DNA of 64,000 nt. Source: Eledone cirrhosa. Lineage: Eukaryota. This document shows, piece after piece, positions 1-14,102 of the stretch (position 1 is the first letter of the stretch; each line of letters begins with the position of its first letter). Below the pieces are notes generated by a model, which made no database searches, was not told the origin of the DNA, and was given only the letters and a program-made list of their open reading frames with translations. The stretch lies in NCBI GenBank assembly GCA_964016885.1, contig OZ024742.1, positions 144,894,001 through 144,958,000 on the forward strand, written 5' to 3'. Position numbers and translations under genes: made by a program.

Positions 1-10
1 TAAGAAAGGA

Positions 11-1823
11 TCACTTACCTTTATCGTGTAGGGAAGGGACAGTAGAACCGTCCCTTCGGCTGGTCATGGGTGCATCCAAGATAATATCTGTATAGATTCT
101 CTTGGAGAGTGGTCCCCTGAAATTCCCAACGCAGTTGTGGAATTTTTGTTTTAGTTTGTAATCTTCGAGTTCAATTTTCACAATGTTAATATTTTTTGGT
201 AATGTTCTTGGTGTTGGTGGGGCGTGATGATTTACGTCTGAAATATCGGTGTGATGTTTTATATGTTCCATTAATCCTTGGTGTGCAATGTTTACGGCTG
301 TGTACTTTTTGGGGGGAGGGGTGGTTTTGTTGTTGTTTTCTTGATGCTGTTGGGTGTTTGTGCTTTGTTGTGTTTTCGATGTTGCTGTTTGTGGTGATGG
401 TGGTGGTGGTGTGGTTGTTGGTGGTGGTGATGCTTGTGGTGGTGATGGTGGTGGTGGTGTTGCTGCAAGTCTCCTTACAGCCTTTACTCTTCTTTGTTTG
501 TCCTCGCTTTTGGATGGCGAAGCAAAGTGGTTCATTCGTTTTTGTTTTTTGTGACAGACTTTTTGCCACTTCACTCCCACCTCATACTCTATGTCGGATT
601 CCGTGGCGTCTGGGAGGAGTATGCGCTCCACGGCTGTTGGTGGTGGTAGTATAGCACCCTCCGGTGATTTTGTTGCTGGTGCAGCTACTGCAAATGTAGC
701 TACTGGTGTTGCCGCTGTTTTAGTTGTCCGTGGCCTTGGTATGGGTGGCACGGACGTTGCCCTCCTACTCACCGTGGAAGGGTCTTCTGCCTCTGTTGCC
801 TGCCCTACTCTTGGTAGCAGCGGATCAGGGGTCGGAAGAAGGGGGGGGGGGGGGGGGCTCTTCTTGGCTGTCTTCTGCGGGCAAAAGGCCCTGAGGTGAC
901 CCTTTTGCCCACAGAGATAGCACTTTGGGCGCCTGCCTTCCACGCTTATAGGGAATTGAAGTCCTTCCTCGAGGTTTATGATATCTCTGATGGCCTCGAT
1001 ACACTCCTGCATTTGCATGCCTATAACTGACCAGTTCTCTCTTTCCATTCTCTGTATTTGCAGTATGGTGGTCCTGTCCTCGATTCCAGCAAGGGCAGAC
1101 GCGGCCAGCCAAGGTTTGGGCACGTCGGGCGGGACAAGGGTCACTTTGACCATCATAGCTTTTTGTGCCCGCAGTAGGAGGGCACCAAGACTATCTCCTC
1201 ACTCTTTAGGGTTTCCATAGAGTGAGACTTCGCCTCTTGGGGGTGGCGAAAAGTACGTCTACTTTGGCATACTGTTTGCCTCGGGTGATGTGGGTTTTGC
1301 GCACCCAGACGCACCCCAAGGCCTTTTGGATTTGAGCCTCTGTGGCTCTCTCTACCCGATGTGTGTGACATTTTGCTTACCGTGCGGTACGTCACCGTCC
1401 GTAACTACTGGTCCTTGAAAAAATCGGGTGGAGGTTTCTGCTATTGTTGTTATTGTTGTTGTTGCTGTGGTTGTCATTGTTGTTGATATTGTTGTCTTTG
1501 TTGTCGTTCTTTCTGTTGTTGGTGGTGTTGTTGTCATTATTGCAGTTGTCGTTGATTTTCCTGTCTTTGTTGTTGGTGCTGTTGTCGTTCTTGTTCACGA
1601 CTGTTTCTTCTTTTTTACTGTTTTTGTTAATGTCGCTGTTGCTGCTGTTTGTTTATTTTTGTTTATATTAGTGTTCTCACTGTTGTTGGTGCTGGTGTTG
1701 GTGATATTGCCTGATGTGTTGCTACATTTTAAAATTGTTGCGGGATAGGCAGCGTTATTAGCCTCAAAGTCTTACTCGCTGTCGCAAGACAGCAAACTCA
1801 AACTTGGGGGGTGACTTCGCCAT
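11..1823 (-). pseudogene. L1/Tx1-type non-LTR retrotransposon ORF1 (gag-like, CCHC zinc knuckle), frameshifted
   Basis: ORF 11..1156 has CYLCGQKGHLRAFC (Cx2Cx4Hx4C) preceded by an FPISVEGRRPK linker, then a Pro/Thr-rich tail. Upstream pieces (1153-1395, (AAC)n-rich 1440-1740, candidate ATG at 1823) are in different frames. Confidence 0.75.
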
Positions 1824-2039
1824 GTTTTTGTTTTTTTTCGATAAAAACTTTCTTTTAAACACACAAACGTTAAATATTTGGGCCAAAAGGCCCAAATATC
1901 AAGGGAAGTCCTTTCTTGGTGGCAAAGACTAAAGTCTTATTTCCAGTTTGAAACAAAAATATTAATAACAAACGTATTTCAAACCGTAAAAGAAAAAACT
2001 TACGAGCTCACGATAGTACGTCCATTCGCTTCAACGACC

Positions 2040-2430
2040 AATAATAATAATAATATCCATATTTGATTCCGGAGCACAAATATGATTAGGCCATCACAAG
2101 GACAATGGGGGTGCAGGTTAAAGGCGGTCATGTATAAATAAAATGAATAACAATAAATGACAACAAAGAAAAATATCTAATGGGAGGGACAGTTATCTAG
2201 AGCTAATCAAGGAAAACCCGCAAAACTAGGTTAACCCTGATCACCAAAGGGAAGTTCCCTCTCTCCACTGCCACCCTCTGGCTTGAAGGAGCATGCTTAG
2301 TAGGCCTATTCATTCGGATTATGTTTGTAGCCTTCACACACTTTCCAATATATTTACTGGGCGGAGGAGAGCAGCACGTTCCTCTCCACCCTCATCTTCC
2401 TTTCCAAGTAAAACTTGAAAACGAACTTAG
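2040..2430 (-). mobile_element. 3' end fragment of an L1/Tx1-like LINE with (ATT)n tail
   Basis: Minus strand near 2370-2425 reads FVFKFYLERKMRVERNVLLSS, resembling the Tx1 ORF2 C-terminus. It ends in an (ATT)n tail at about 2040-2055. Confidence 0.45.
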
Positions 2431-2592
2431 GCTGATAGCTGCATCTGTCCCACACGCAGTAACAGCTGTTAGACAAAAGTCTACATGTCAGTAATGCTTG
2501 GACACTGAAGAGGTGAGTATAGAATGGTTTCGTCGCTCTGACTCAATCTATAATAAGTCTTCATGCTATCTACTTATGTTCTATTGTTATGT

Positions 2593-2803
2593 ATTGGCAG
2601 TATCGGTGGAGGATTGGACGCTATGCTTTGCAGCATAGAGTTACGGTCCTTTACGGTCTGAGATCAAATCCCACCGAGGTTAACTTTGCCTTCCATCCTT
2701 ACGGGGTCGATAAAATAAAGTACCAGTAACGTACCGGGGTCGATTTAATCGACTTTCCCCTCCCCCAAATTACTGGCCTTGTGCGTATACTAGAAATCAT
2801 TAT
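2593..2803 (+). mobile_element. tRNA-derived SINE family 1 (Nin/Deu-like central domain)
   Basis: A-box-like tggcagtatcgg, B-box-like gagatcaaatccc, core gccttccatccttacggggtcgataaaataaagtaccag. Repeated at least 9 times in the window. Confidence 0.85.
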
Positions 2804-3377
2804 TCTTGTAATGTGTTAGAAGAGATATACGATATTTATGATAACTGATCAATTCGAGAACCTACCTCCATCACATTTTGCGTACAGCTGGGCAAATCTG
2901 CTATTGAAACCAATAAACTGCTTCCTCAAACTTTTGACAAGTATTAAGTCAAATACACATTTTTAGGAGGACCTCCATTTTAAGACTGTTCAAATGCTAT
3001 TTCTAGATGATGATCGTATAGGATGACTAATCACTTACAAAATATTAGGAAATGTGAAAAAGAGACAGGAAATTTGGCGAAACTGCAATTGACTGGGCCC
3101 CCACTTACACTTCTCCCAAGACGATGTAAAGTTTTTTTACAAAGAAAACATTGGTGGTGTTTACACCCCCTCTATACTCATCTGACTAGCTTCTCAGTCA
3201 GTTCGCCGTGTTTGCCAAAATAAAATTAAAGCTGAAGGAGGGCCTCCTTGAGACGCTACATGGAATTCAAACTAAAACGCGAGTGCGGAAGATGCGCTGG
3301 GACAATTATTTACGCTTCAGTGCTAAAATATGAATAATATATGAAATACATTATTTACTGGAGTACTGGAGTACTGA

Positions 3378-3567
3378 GGCGGTGGATTGGCAGTATCGGG
3401 AGAGGGTCGGACGCCATGCTTTCCAGCATAGTTACGTCCCTTTACGATCTGAGTTCAAATCCCGCCGAGGTTGACTTTGCCTTTCATCCTTACGGGGTCG
3501 ATAAAATAAAGTACCAGTAATGCACTGGGTAATTGCTGGCCTTGTGCCAAAAGTAGAAACAATTATT
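3378..3567 (+). mobile_element. SINE family 1, full length with target-site duplication
   Basis: ggcggtggattggcagtatcgg...gagttcaaatccc...tail, flanked on both sides by ttatttactggagtactg. Confidence 0.9.
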
Positions 3568-4663
3568 TACTGGAGTACTGGTATATATTTTAGACCTAGT
3601 CCAGAAACTTTCTGGTACTACCTTGTCAGATCAAAGGTCATTCAGTTCCGACCATCTTATTTTCTTGGGTATACGTAGGATTACGATATATGTCTTCTTC
3701 CCTTTTAATGTGGTATGGATGTGCGTAAGTTATGGAAAGATTTTGTATGAGAAATAGCAGCTAAATCTACATGATTACAATATTAAATTTAAAGAAGGTA
3801 ATTTACTTTTAACTGAATCATCTTCACCATAACAAACATAATGAAGGTGTCATATTCTAAATGCTGAAAACTCTTTCTGCTTGAAAAGCAAAGAGGCACA
3901 GAACAAGTTCAAGAAACACACGCATGGTGGTCCAAGATATTAGTTTGATCAACTGACTCAACGTAATGTTTTTGGCAAATAAATTAACCTTTAATTTCTT
4001 ACATAAGAAATCGAAAGATTTAAAGCAATTTTTGTGTGTAAATATATATGAAATCTTATAATCATTTATGATAAATTGTAATGAATTGAAAATATTTATT
4101 TATAACGAGTAAGTGATAAATACGTACCTGTGACAATAAAAACACAAGTTTATTAAATCATTATTTCAGAATTTATTGCCTAAGTGTACATTATTATTAC
4201 TTATTAATTTAAACTGAGTAAATAATAATAATTTTGAATAAACAAATAAGGAAAATGAATTTGTTCAATTCTTATAGCCAGACTATATTTTATTATTGCT
4301 TCTTGATTTTAATTAATTCATGAAGACATGTGCTTTCGGCGTTGTTTAATTAAAATCAATGAAAAACATTACATCTATTTTTTTTTAATCCAGCAGTACC
4401 TCGAGGCTAATATTTTACTTGTAGACGGAAAAACGCATAAGAACAGCAGCCTAAGAGAAAACATGTAATAGAAATGGTATGGTGAACAGTGACTTTTCTC
4501 TATGCACTTCTATTCTATAAATATAGTCTGTGGTAGCCCTTTACTATTCTGTGTTACCATGCTGCAGAGGCACAGATAATATTTCTCTAACCTTGCTAGA
4601 TATGTAATTATTTCGGCCTATTTCTTAATTTTAGTTATTTATTTAATTTTCTATTTAATATAT

Positions 4664-4803
4664 CAGACCTGTCAACCCATTTTGTGAAAATGGGTATAGC
4701 TTTCATTATGCAAAATCTCCCCATTTTGCCTCATTTCTCTCCCTTTTGGGGCATTCTTTTTCATGGTACACCCCGTTTGGGTTTTTAGAGGTTGGCAGGT
4801 CTG
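4664..4803. mobile_element. MITE with terminal inverted repeats
   Basis: cagacctgtcaacc ... ggttggcaggtctg, 140 bp. TSD is ambiguous in the AT-rich flanks. Confidence 0.65.
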
Positions 4804-5974
4804 ATATATCATAGCTTAGTTAGAAGAGGTAAAGCAGTGCCGGTGATTTTTTTTTATACGGCCCCTGAAAATTGTAAGAAAGTAAGAGATTAGAGACGTT
4901 CCCCGAATGCTTGCTAAAGGCGCCAATCTAAGAAGGATTATTATTAGCAGTCATGTTTGTTATATATATATATATATATATTTTTTTTTTTTGTTTACTT
5001 AAAGATAATTTTTCCTTTTACAAAATTATGAGAATTTTTCCTGAAAATGGCGAATTTTTTCTCTATTGGTATGATCGTCGTTATCGCCGTCGCCGTTGCC
5101 ATTGTTGTTTAGCTTTAGGTTAACCTTGAAATCAAACCATTGACTTTCAAACACAGAAGAGACGCCCATGATTATTAAATATTTTAAAAGGTGCCTATGA
5201 TAAAGTGATTCCAAGGCATTTATTCGACAGACGTTATCATTTACATCTGGATGTCTCCTACAAAAACACAACGGGCATTCTAATCAAATAGAACGTTGCG
5301 ATGTATAGATCAATCCGATACTGCAGCTATTCAGGCATTGCAGAGGCGCCTGTCCAAGTAAAGCCATGTTGCCTAGTAGTTAGGGTATTAAACACACGAT
5401 TATAAAACTATGAGTTCACTTCTTGGGTCAGGTGACATGTTTTTTTTCTTGAATAAGATGTTTCATTTTAAGTTGCTTTTCAAGATACGTCTGGAGTCCC
5501 TATCATTAAAACTTCCAAGAAAACCCTTATAAAATTCAACTTCGTAAGTGTGAGCTGTATATTTCATTTCATTTGATTTTCATTCTAGCATTACTCTGTT
5601 AAATAATTTCTAACAAAAGGTGGTATTCAGCGCTCTAACGATTCTGCTAACCTACTAAGAATATTTGCCATGTAAGTTAAGGAAGTGGTTATAATTAGGA
5701 AATGAAAGCTGAGTCGTGAACCTAGCTATATTGGGTCAGTAAAACAACCATTGGAGAGGTCCCTACGCATATATAGGTCACTATCTGCATTGGAGAAGAT
5801 CCTGAAACTAAAGCTTCTAAGCTAAGTGGCCTGTAATTTGTAGATTACACAGAAACACCACATGCATGAAATACAATAAAGTTAAAGTGGACAAATTTAA
5901 TACAAAGGGCATTTAAAAGCTAACTGGAAATATGCCAAAATAATATTAATCATTGACATTAATTTAGGTCGGTA

Positions 5975-6210
5975 AGTACCCTTGGACTTACGATCATGAT
6001 GTCGTGGGTTCGATTCCTGGGCTGGATTGCGTGTTGTGTTCTTAAGCAAAACACTTCATTTCACGTTGCTCCAGTATAATCAACTGAAAATGAGTACCAG
6101 CAATAGCTGGGGGTTTCACCCTGAGATGGACTGGCGTGCTGTCTAGGGGGCGTCTTGCTTTTGCAGTCGTTTCACGCGACTGGATAAACACCGGCCTAAC
6201 GAGCCTACTT
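5975..6210 (+). mobile_element. tRNA-derived SINE family 2 (Meta-domain-like)
   Basis: B-box gggttcgattcc, then ttgtgttcttaagcaaaacacttcatttcacgttgctccag and gatggactggcgtgctgtctaggggg. Matches 42075-42345. Confidence 0.8.
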
Positions 6211-6736
6211 AAAATAGACTTTAAGTAATGAAGGCAACACTGGGCTTGTTTCGATATTATTATGACCTCATCGGTAGAGCAATGATGAGTGGTGATGGAA
6301 AAATACCTAACTAAATGTAATGTATATGTTTCAATAGAAACTATGGTTAATTCATTTGTCATTTTTTTATCTTGCAATTTTATAAAAGTACGTTTTCATG
6401 GAATTTAGCTTATCATAACATAAAGATCTGGCACGTTAGTTTCAGAAGTAATCTTTAGTTGTTGATATATATCTTGGTCTCAATTTCTGTGCATCGAAAC
6501 TTCTACGTCTTCGTTTTTTTCATACATGTATGGGTACAAAGAATAGGAAGAGAGAAAGAAAAAGAGAAAGAGAGAGGGGGGAGTGGTCTGAAATCATATG
6601 CACACGCACACACATACACATACATACATAAATACATGCATACATACATTCATACATACATACATATATACATGCATGCATGCATACATACATACATACA
6701 TACATACATACATACATACATACATACATACATACA

Positions 6737-6767
<31 letters not shown>

Positions 6768-7023
6768 GTGTGTGTTTATATTTCTATATAATTAAAGTAT
6801 AATTTGAAATTTAAATTAACCAATTCGATTTGCTGTTAAGAGCCAGAATAAGCTAAAGGTTGTTTTTCCTAATTAAATGTCAGAAAAAACAGTTGGATAT
6901 TAATGTAGTTACTAAAATATTTAATGGTTATTTCTATTTAAAAATACATGGGTTTTATATTAGCTAGGGCAAAAACAAATAACGAGGTTTCATAAAGTTA
7001 AAAGATATATATATTTATGTATA

Positions 7024-7082
7024 TTTATTATACATATTTCAAGGATACCAAGTTAAATTATGGTATGCCTTCATCAGACAAA
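7024..7082 (-). ncRNA. Type I hammerhead ribozyme (family B)
   Basis: Minus strand: tttgt CTGATGA aggcatacca-loop-tggtatcctt GAAA tatgta TA ataaa. Same family as 28685 and 28887. Confidence 0.7.
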
Positions 7083-7699
7083 ATACAATAAATACCAGTT
7101 TTATAAAGTATCCTTGAAATATGTATATTTATGTATATGTATATATATATATATAAAATTGTAAGTTTGAAGAACGGTCAGATAAAATATTTCTTCTCCC
7201 TACTCCGTAGAAATTAACTAGATAAATAATCATTTAAACGGGGCTAAGTTTAAAATGTAACTTCGAAGAAATAACAGACAAATGACACAGACTATCCCCC
7301 ACGAGGAACAGTCAGATAAAAATTTATCTAGTCTTTCTTCTTAGCCCGTAGAAATTAACTAGACAAATAAGTCTAAAATGTAAGTTTGAAGAAAAAAATG
7401 TATATAAACTTTACCAAAATTCTTCTAGTCCCGACTATCGATAGTTTCGCTCGTACTTTGTGGATATGTCCAATCCTGGTATTAGCCATGAGGTTTCGGG
7501 CTTCTCAAGAGACCCCTCAAGTTAGGACTAAAATTTCTACAGTGATCGCCGCCAGAAATGAATTCAAAATGGGTAAGAACTATCACGTGGCCAGCGGTCA
7601 AAGAAGAAGGTTGTGAATGGCAGACTGGATGGCAGGTAGGTTGGCTGCTAGAAAGAACAGTTAGATACCGCCTAATGTTTATTCGACCGAACGGGAGTT

Positions 7700-8021
7700 T
7701 AGAATAAATTCATAGCGATATATATGTATATATTTAGACATAGTCACAGATACATATATGAGTGTGGCTACCTTTCACGATGTGGCTCAATGAAAAAATT
7801 AATTAAGCAAATAATTATTAATCAGAGCTATATAAAATTGTAAGTTTGAAGAACAGGTATATTTTATCTGACCCTTCTTCAAACTTACAATTTTATATAG
7901 TTCTGATTAATAATTATTTGCTTGTTTAATTTTTTCATTGAGCCACACCGTGAAAAGTAGCCACACTCATATATGTATCTGTGACTATGTCTAAATATAT
8001 ACATATATATCCCTATGAATG
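7700..8021. repeat. Long fold-back inverted repeat
   Basis: About 7708-7853 is the reverse complement of about 7876-8021. The inner end resembles 7150-7190. Confidence 0.9.
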
Positions 8022-8181
8022 TGTATATATATATATATAGTTAGCACCCCAAACGTATAATTGGGAATATACTTAGGTATTTCCTAATGTTTATTGAGTG
8101 AGATGGAAGTTGGTCGGAGTATCGCTATTAGCTTTCTCTGTTAATGTATTAAGTATATATATACATATATATACGTATATA

Positions 8182-8418
8182 TAATACAAGGACGATTTGT
8201 TAAGCCTTCATTACGTTTATTGATTCGTGACGCGCGTTGCGCTATTGATCAGCTCAAGGTTCGATCTATAATGTCATTACAACAGCAAATGTCCGACGAG
8301 CTTTTGATTCCAGAGTCGGGCCAGATCGATACGGGTCGAACCTTAAGCTAATCAATAGCGAAATGCGTGTCACCAATCAATAGACGTAATGAAGGCTTAA
8401 CAAATCGTCCTTGTATTA
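8182..8418. repeat. Inverted repeat, ~85 bp arms
   Basis: taatacaaggacgatttgttaagccttcattacg... versus ...cgtaatgaaggcttaacaaatcgtccttgtatta. Confidence 0.9.
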
Positions 8419-8427
8419 CCCTCTTTC

Positions 8428-8560
8428 AAGCATAGTTACGTCCCTTTACGGTCTGAGTTCAAATCCCGTCGAGGTTCACTTTGCCTTTCATCTCCTTACG
8501 GGGTCGATAAAATAAAGTACCAGTAATGCGCTGGGGTACCAAAAGTAGAAACAATTATTA
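8428..8560 (+). mobile_element. SINE family 1, 5'-truncated
   Basis: gagttcaaatcccgtcgagg...ggggtcgataaaataaagtaccagtaatg. Confidence 0.85.
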
Positions 8561-8659
8561 TATTACCCTCTGTTTAGCTTTACACCTCGCTACTGACGTG
8601 AACCTAAACATCGAGTGCTCACCTGGGTGAACCTACAGTAACTTAACGTTACACTCCCT

Positions 8660-8730
<71 letters not shown>

Positions 8731-8732
<2 letters not shown>

Positions 8733-8881
8733 TAATAATAATAAATTTGAAGACTAAAATCCAAAGAGGGCTCGATAAGGATAAATATATATCAAATATA
8801 TAAGAACTGTAGAGCAAATATTTATTAAAATAACAGATTAAAGTTTAAGCAAAAATCGCTGCTTTCACCCTTAACAGGATC

Positions 8882-8885
<4 letters not shown>
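8731..8885 (-). mobile_element. Solo 3' terminus (pseudo-LTR) of PLE family A between (TA)n tracts
   Basis: Near-identical to 25120-25275. Truncated inside the hammerhead core. Confidence 0.9.
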
Positions 8886-8957
<72 letters not shown>

Positions 8958-8998
8958 CGTAAAATAAGAAAATTATAAAATTAACTTACTAAAAAATC

Positions 8999-9081
8999 AC
9001 TTCCAACTAATTAGTTTCTGGAATGGAGTAAATATATTTTCCGAAGAAACATACAGAAAATCATTCCGTCATCAGGAAAGT
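8999..9081 (-). ncRNA. Type I hammerhead ribozyme (family C)
   Basis: actttc CTGATGA c-ggaatg...cattcc-a GAAA ctaattag TT ggaagt. Stem III is the palindrome actaattagt, and stem I is 6 bp. Confidence 0.8.
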
Positions 9082-9522
9082 ATTTTTCCGTATAAGTCTC
9101 CAGGCATAGCGAGGACTCTGGAAACTTATTAAAAAAATAATTCAGTGGAAAGGAAATAGCGAAGCGTGGACTGGATTCCTAGCCATTGAGAAAATCACTG
9201 CCTCTACGTCTGTGGCAAATTCAAAAAGAATCAATCACGTGACATCGAGGTCAATCAGTGGAAAGCGAGTGGTTAATAAGACAGCGGCCAGTTACTACCA
9301 TAGTAGCAGTCATGGCCAAATATTGCTCGACAAATGAATTGGAGATAATTATAAGGAATTTATATCTAGTAACATTTATATACACACAGATGCATATCAA
9401 TGCTAGCAAATATATAGGTTTTGTTTTATTAACATTGTGGTTCAATGCATGGGGTTGCAGAACAATAATATGAGAGACGTAAAATAAGAAAATTATAAAA
9501 TTAACTTACTTACTAAAAAATC

Positions 9523-9605
9523 ACTTCCAACTAATTAGTTTCTGGAATGGAGTAAATATATTTTCCGAAGAAACATACAGAAAATCATTCCGTCATCAGG
9601 AAAGT
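9523..9605 (-). ncRNA. Type I hammerhead ribozyme (family C, tandem copy)
   Basis: Same motif as 8999-9081. Confidence 0.8.
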
Positions 9606-9966
9606 ATTTTCCCGTATAAGTCTCCAGGCATAGCGAGGACTCTGGAAACTTATTAAAAAAATAATTCAGTGGAAAGGAAATAGCGAAGCGTGGACTGGAT
9701 TCCTAGCCATTGAGAAAATCACTGCCTCTACGTCTGTGGTTTCTATATGTTTCTTCGGAAAATATATTTACTCCCTTCCAGAAACTAATTAGTTGGAAGT
9801 GATTTTTTAGTAAGTAAGTTAATTTTATAATTTTCTTATTTTACGTCTCTCATATTATTGTTCTGCAACCCCATGCATTGAACCACAATGTTAATAAGAC
9901 AAAACCTATATATTTGCTAGCATTGATATGCATCTGTGTGTATATAAATGTTACTAGATATAAATT

Positions 9967-10087
<121 letters not shown>

Positions 10088-10098
10088 AGAGAGAGATG

Positions 10099-10143
<45 letters not shown>

Positions 10144-10277
10144 CAAAGGAAATGTGTTAAGGAACCAGATGGACCATAACGCACCAGAGTACTCAATATT
10201 TAGGGTAGTAGAGTGGGAAATAGTCCAGAAATAGCCGTCGAAACGGCTTGAGCTCTGCCGTCGGGGTCATACTTTTT

Positions 10278-10314
<37 letters not shown>

Positions 10315-10531
10315 CAAGAATAAACAAGACAAATACAGTGAAGCAAAAATACTAAGTCATATTAGTTTCACGATTAGGAAGAAGTAAATGGGAGCTGATC
10401 TTCCTTCGTTAGTCAGCGATCGCAATCACCGCCTGTGAAACATCAATAAAGTCCCTCCTGAAAAAACACTCCTCAGGATACGAGTAAAAATGTCTACACA
10501 CACTCACACACATGCGCGGAATTCGTTCACA

Positions 10532-10604
<73 letters not shown>

Positions 10605-10778
10605 ATGAACGGACACACAGATATGCACGCAGCCATGCATACATCCACACACACACACATGTACTCCTCCGCGCTCACACGTGTGTGTGTGTGTATTAGT
10701 TGTCATGTGTTTAAGCCCATATCTGCACAGGCACACATGCACAGGTGCACATTAGGCATATGACTTGCAGGTGCACAT

Positions 10779-13138
10779 TAGGCATATGACTTTCTTACAA
10801 CCCCATATGAACATGTTATTTTCTAATGAGGTTTTTGTCATAAAGAAAGAATTACAGTAGTTTTTTTGTAAATTTTGAAAAAAATTCTTGCGAATACTAA
10901 ATTATATTTTTAATTTTTTGGTAATTAGCCAGTCCCATAAAATAAATACCTAAAACAATAAAAAATTTATTTTAATTATTAGTTAAACAAAATTTAATCT
11001 CTAAGGTTCTACTACTTTTACAAAATGGCAAAAGGTCCTGCACAACTTTTACAGCTCGCTCAGCGCAAATGTTCGAGCGTTGCGTCACAATTGGAGATTC
11101 TTCATTAGACCAAATTTTTCTGACGGTGTTTTCAGCCTTTTCACACTTGGCCTTAATGAGTTGGTCAATGAGTTTCTGCTTGCTGTCAGATCTATACAGT
11201 TGACTTGAGAACCACATTTTCCCCCACATTCCGCAGATATATTCGGCACCAGCGCGCAGCTTCGCTCGTTCATCAGGCATCAAAATAAACCCAAGCAACA
11301 AATAAATTGCTCGGCTATTCCAACGAGCATTGTGCAAATTAGGTAATTTCTTAAAATTTATTTTAGGAAACGCACCGTTTTCAAAGAAATGTTGCACGGC
11401 TATCATAAGATGCTGAAGGAAATCCATGTCACTTCTCCAGCGCGTCGGGGTTTCATTAATTTCCGTCGTTCCATTTGAAAAGTTCTGCTTCAGTTCGTCA
11501 TAGTTCTTTAAAATGGCCTCAACAAAATAATAATTGATATATGACGAAGTTGTTTTGCTACTATATAGTTGATCAAAATAAACTTTCAATGCACGGTCTA
11601 AAATGTGGTGCTGGCATCCAACATATAATGGCTTGCTGTAACCGCGGCGCGCGAACTCACTGTTGAGCATGGCAACAACTCCTGCCTTTTTGCCGGTATT
11701 GACACTAGTTGTGTCGGAGACTATCATCACGATAGATTCCCTTAGTTCATATTTGTCAATAACTTCTTTCAATCCATTAAATATAGTAAGAGCCTTTCCA
11801 TGGTTAATGCCATCGACCTCAGGCGTATTTCTTTCTCATCATTTTTTATCACTACAACCTGATATTCTACGTCTCTCATTCGTTTTCCATCAAAATGAAG
11901 GCTCCATTTTTCCCTTTTGAGTTCATTTTTCCACTTTTCCATGAGTTTCTCATCTTCTCTGAAAACTGCTTTGTGCACTGCCGACTAACTCGGGGTGCTC
12001 ACCTTAATACCACCACTTTTAAATTCGCTGCAAATTGCTGCTGCTTTTCTACTAGGTAATTTAGTATTTCTTACTAGGTTAACAGCATGAGCTGTGTTTT
12101 CTCTTTTTCGTTTTTTTTTCTGGTGAAGGTGAAGTTGAAGGTTTGTAATCGCTGGTATTTGTATCGATGTCACTGTAACTTTCATTTGAGTCCAGATGAA
12201 TGTATGAGCAGGATGGCTTATCATGATCTAGTTGTTGTTTTTTGTTTTTAATTCTCTTAGAAGGATGGATTTTCTTTTCACTGTCTATTTTCATTGTAGT
12301 ATACCCAGCCTTTCCACAACTCTCAACTTGCTTTTCATAAAATGACAAATCTTCGACTGCTAACCATATCCCATATCTTTTTGTAATGTCAAACAGATTA
12401 TTGAAATTCGCAGAGCCAGGTCTTTTCACTTCTTTTTCCTTTTTTTTAAATTATTTTTTCAATTTTTCGAGGTATTGAAAGTTTGTTGATAGTTGGAAAG
12501 CTCAACTTTTCCCATAAACTTTCTCATTCTCCAGTTCTTAATTCTTTTTTTGGTATTTTTCTCTTCAGCAGCAAGAGTGATATATCTATCAACGATCTGT
12601 TACTCAGTAGGTAGTTTGCATAATTCGATTAATGAACTTTGAACTTTCGTTTTCCTAGATTTCTTTCTCTTCTCGAAATGACAAATATTTTGTGCCCAAA
12701 TCTTTTTACTTTCCTCTTTTATACATCTGAAATTTATAATATTAATATAATATAATTATAAATATTAAAATATATTAATAAATATACCTCGCAAATTTTA
12801 ATTTATTCTATTTATGTATTTTATGAATTTTATGAACAGATTAAACTGACAAATAAGTGATGAACAAGCAATAAAGTTGATCCATTAAACAATTTGAAGA
12901 AGAATACTATATTTTATAAACTGTTAAATTGCACACTATATTTTTATTACATACACACTTATATCGTATATGCAATTCTATATTAGTAAATCAATGTTAA
13001 AGAATCTACCTTGTGCAAGAGTTTTTTAAAATTCTAATATTTTTTAACATGCTCCCAAGTATTTTCTAGTAAAAGTTCATCTGAAAATGGCATGCTCATT
13101 TATTTTTTTAACAAAAGGGTACTTTAGGAATATGCCTA
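10779..13138 (-). mobile_element. hAT-superfamily DNA transposon (hATm-like), complete ends
   Basis: TIR taggcatat / atatgccta with an exact 8-bp TSD gtgcacat (10771-10778 and 13139-13146). Confidence 0.9.
10972..12725 (-). pseudogene. Frameshifted hAT-type transposase
   Basis: Consecutive ORFs 12079-12429, 11985-12224, 11769-11978 and 10972-11772 carry SLHFDGK, SDTTSVNTG, CQHH, HNARW and CAERAVK motifs. The 5' limit is approximate. Confidence 0.85.
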
Positions 13139-13199
13139 GTGCACATGTCTTGTTAACTGGTGCAGGTGAGGTAAAATATTCTAATAGTCGTTTTATTTG

Positions 13200-14102
<903 letters not shown>

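Noticed and set aside
3378-3475. tRNA-like A/B boxes
   Set aside because: These are SINE heads with no complete cloverleaf.
3858-3925. Kozak-like accaccATG with a hydrophobic peptide on the minus strand
   Set aside because: It stops after 22 codons and has no other gene support.
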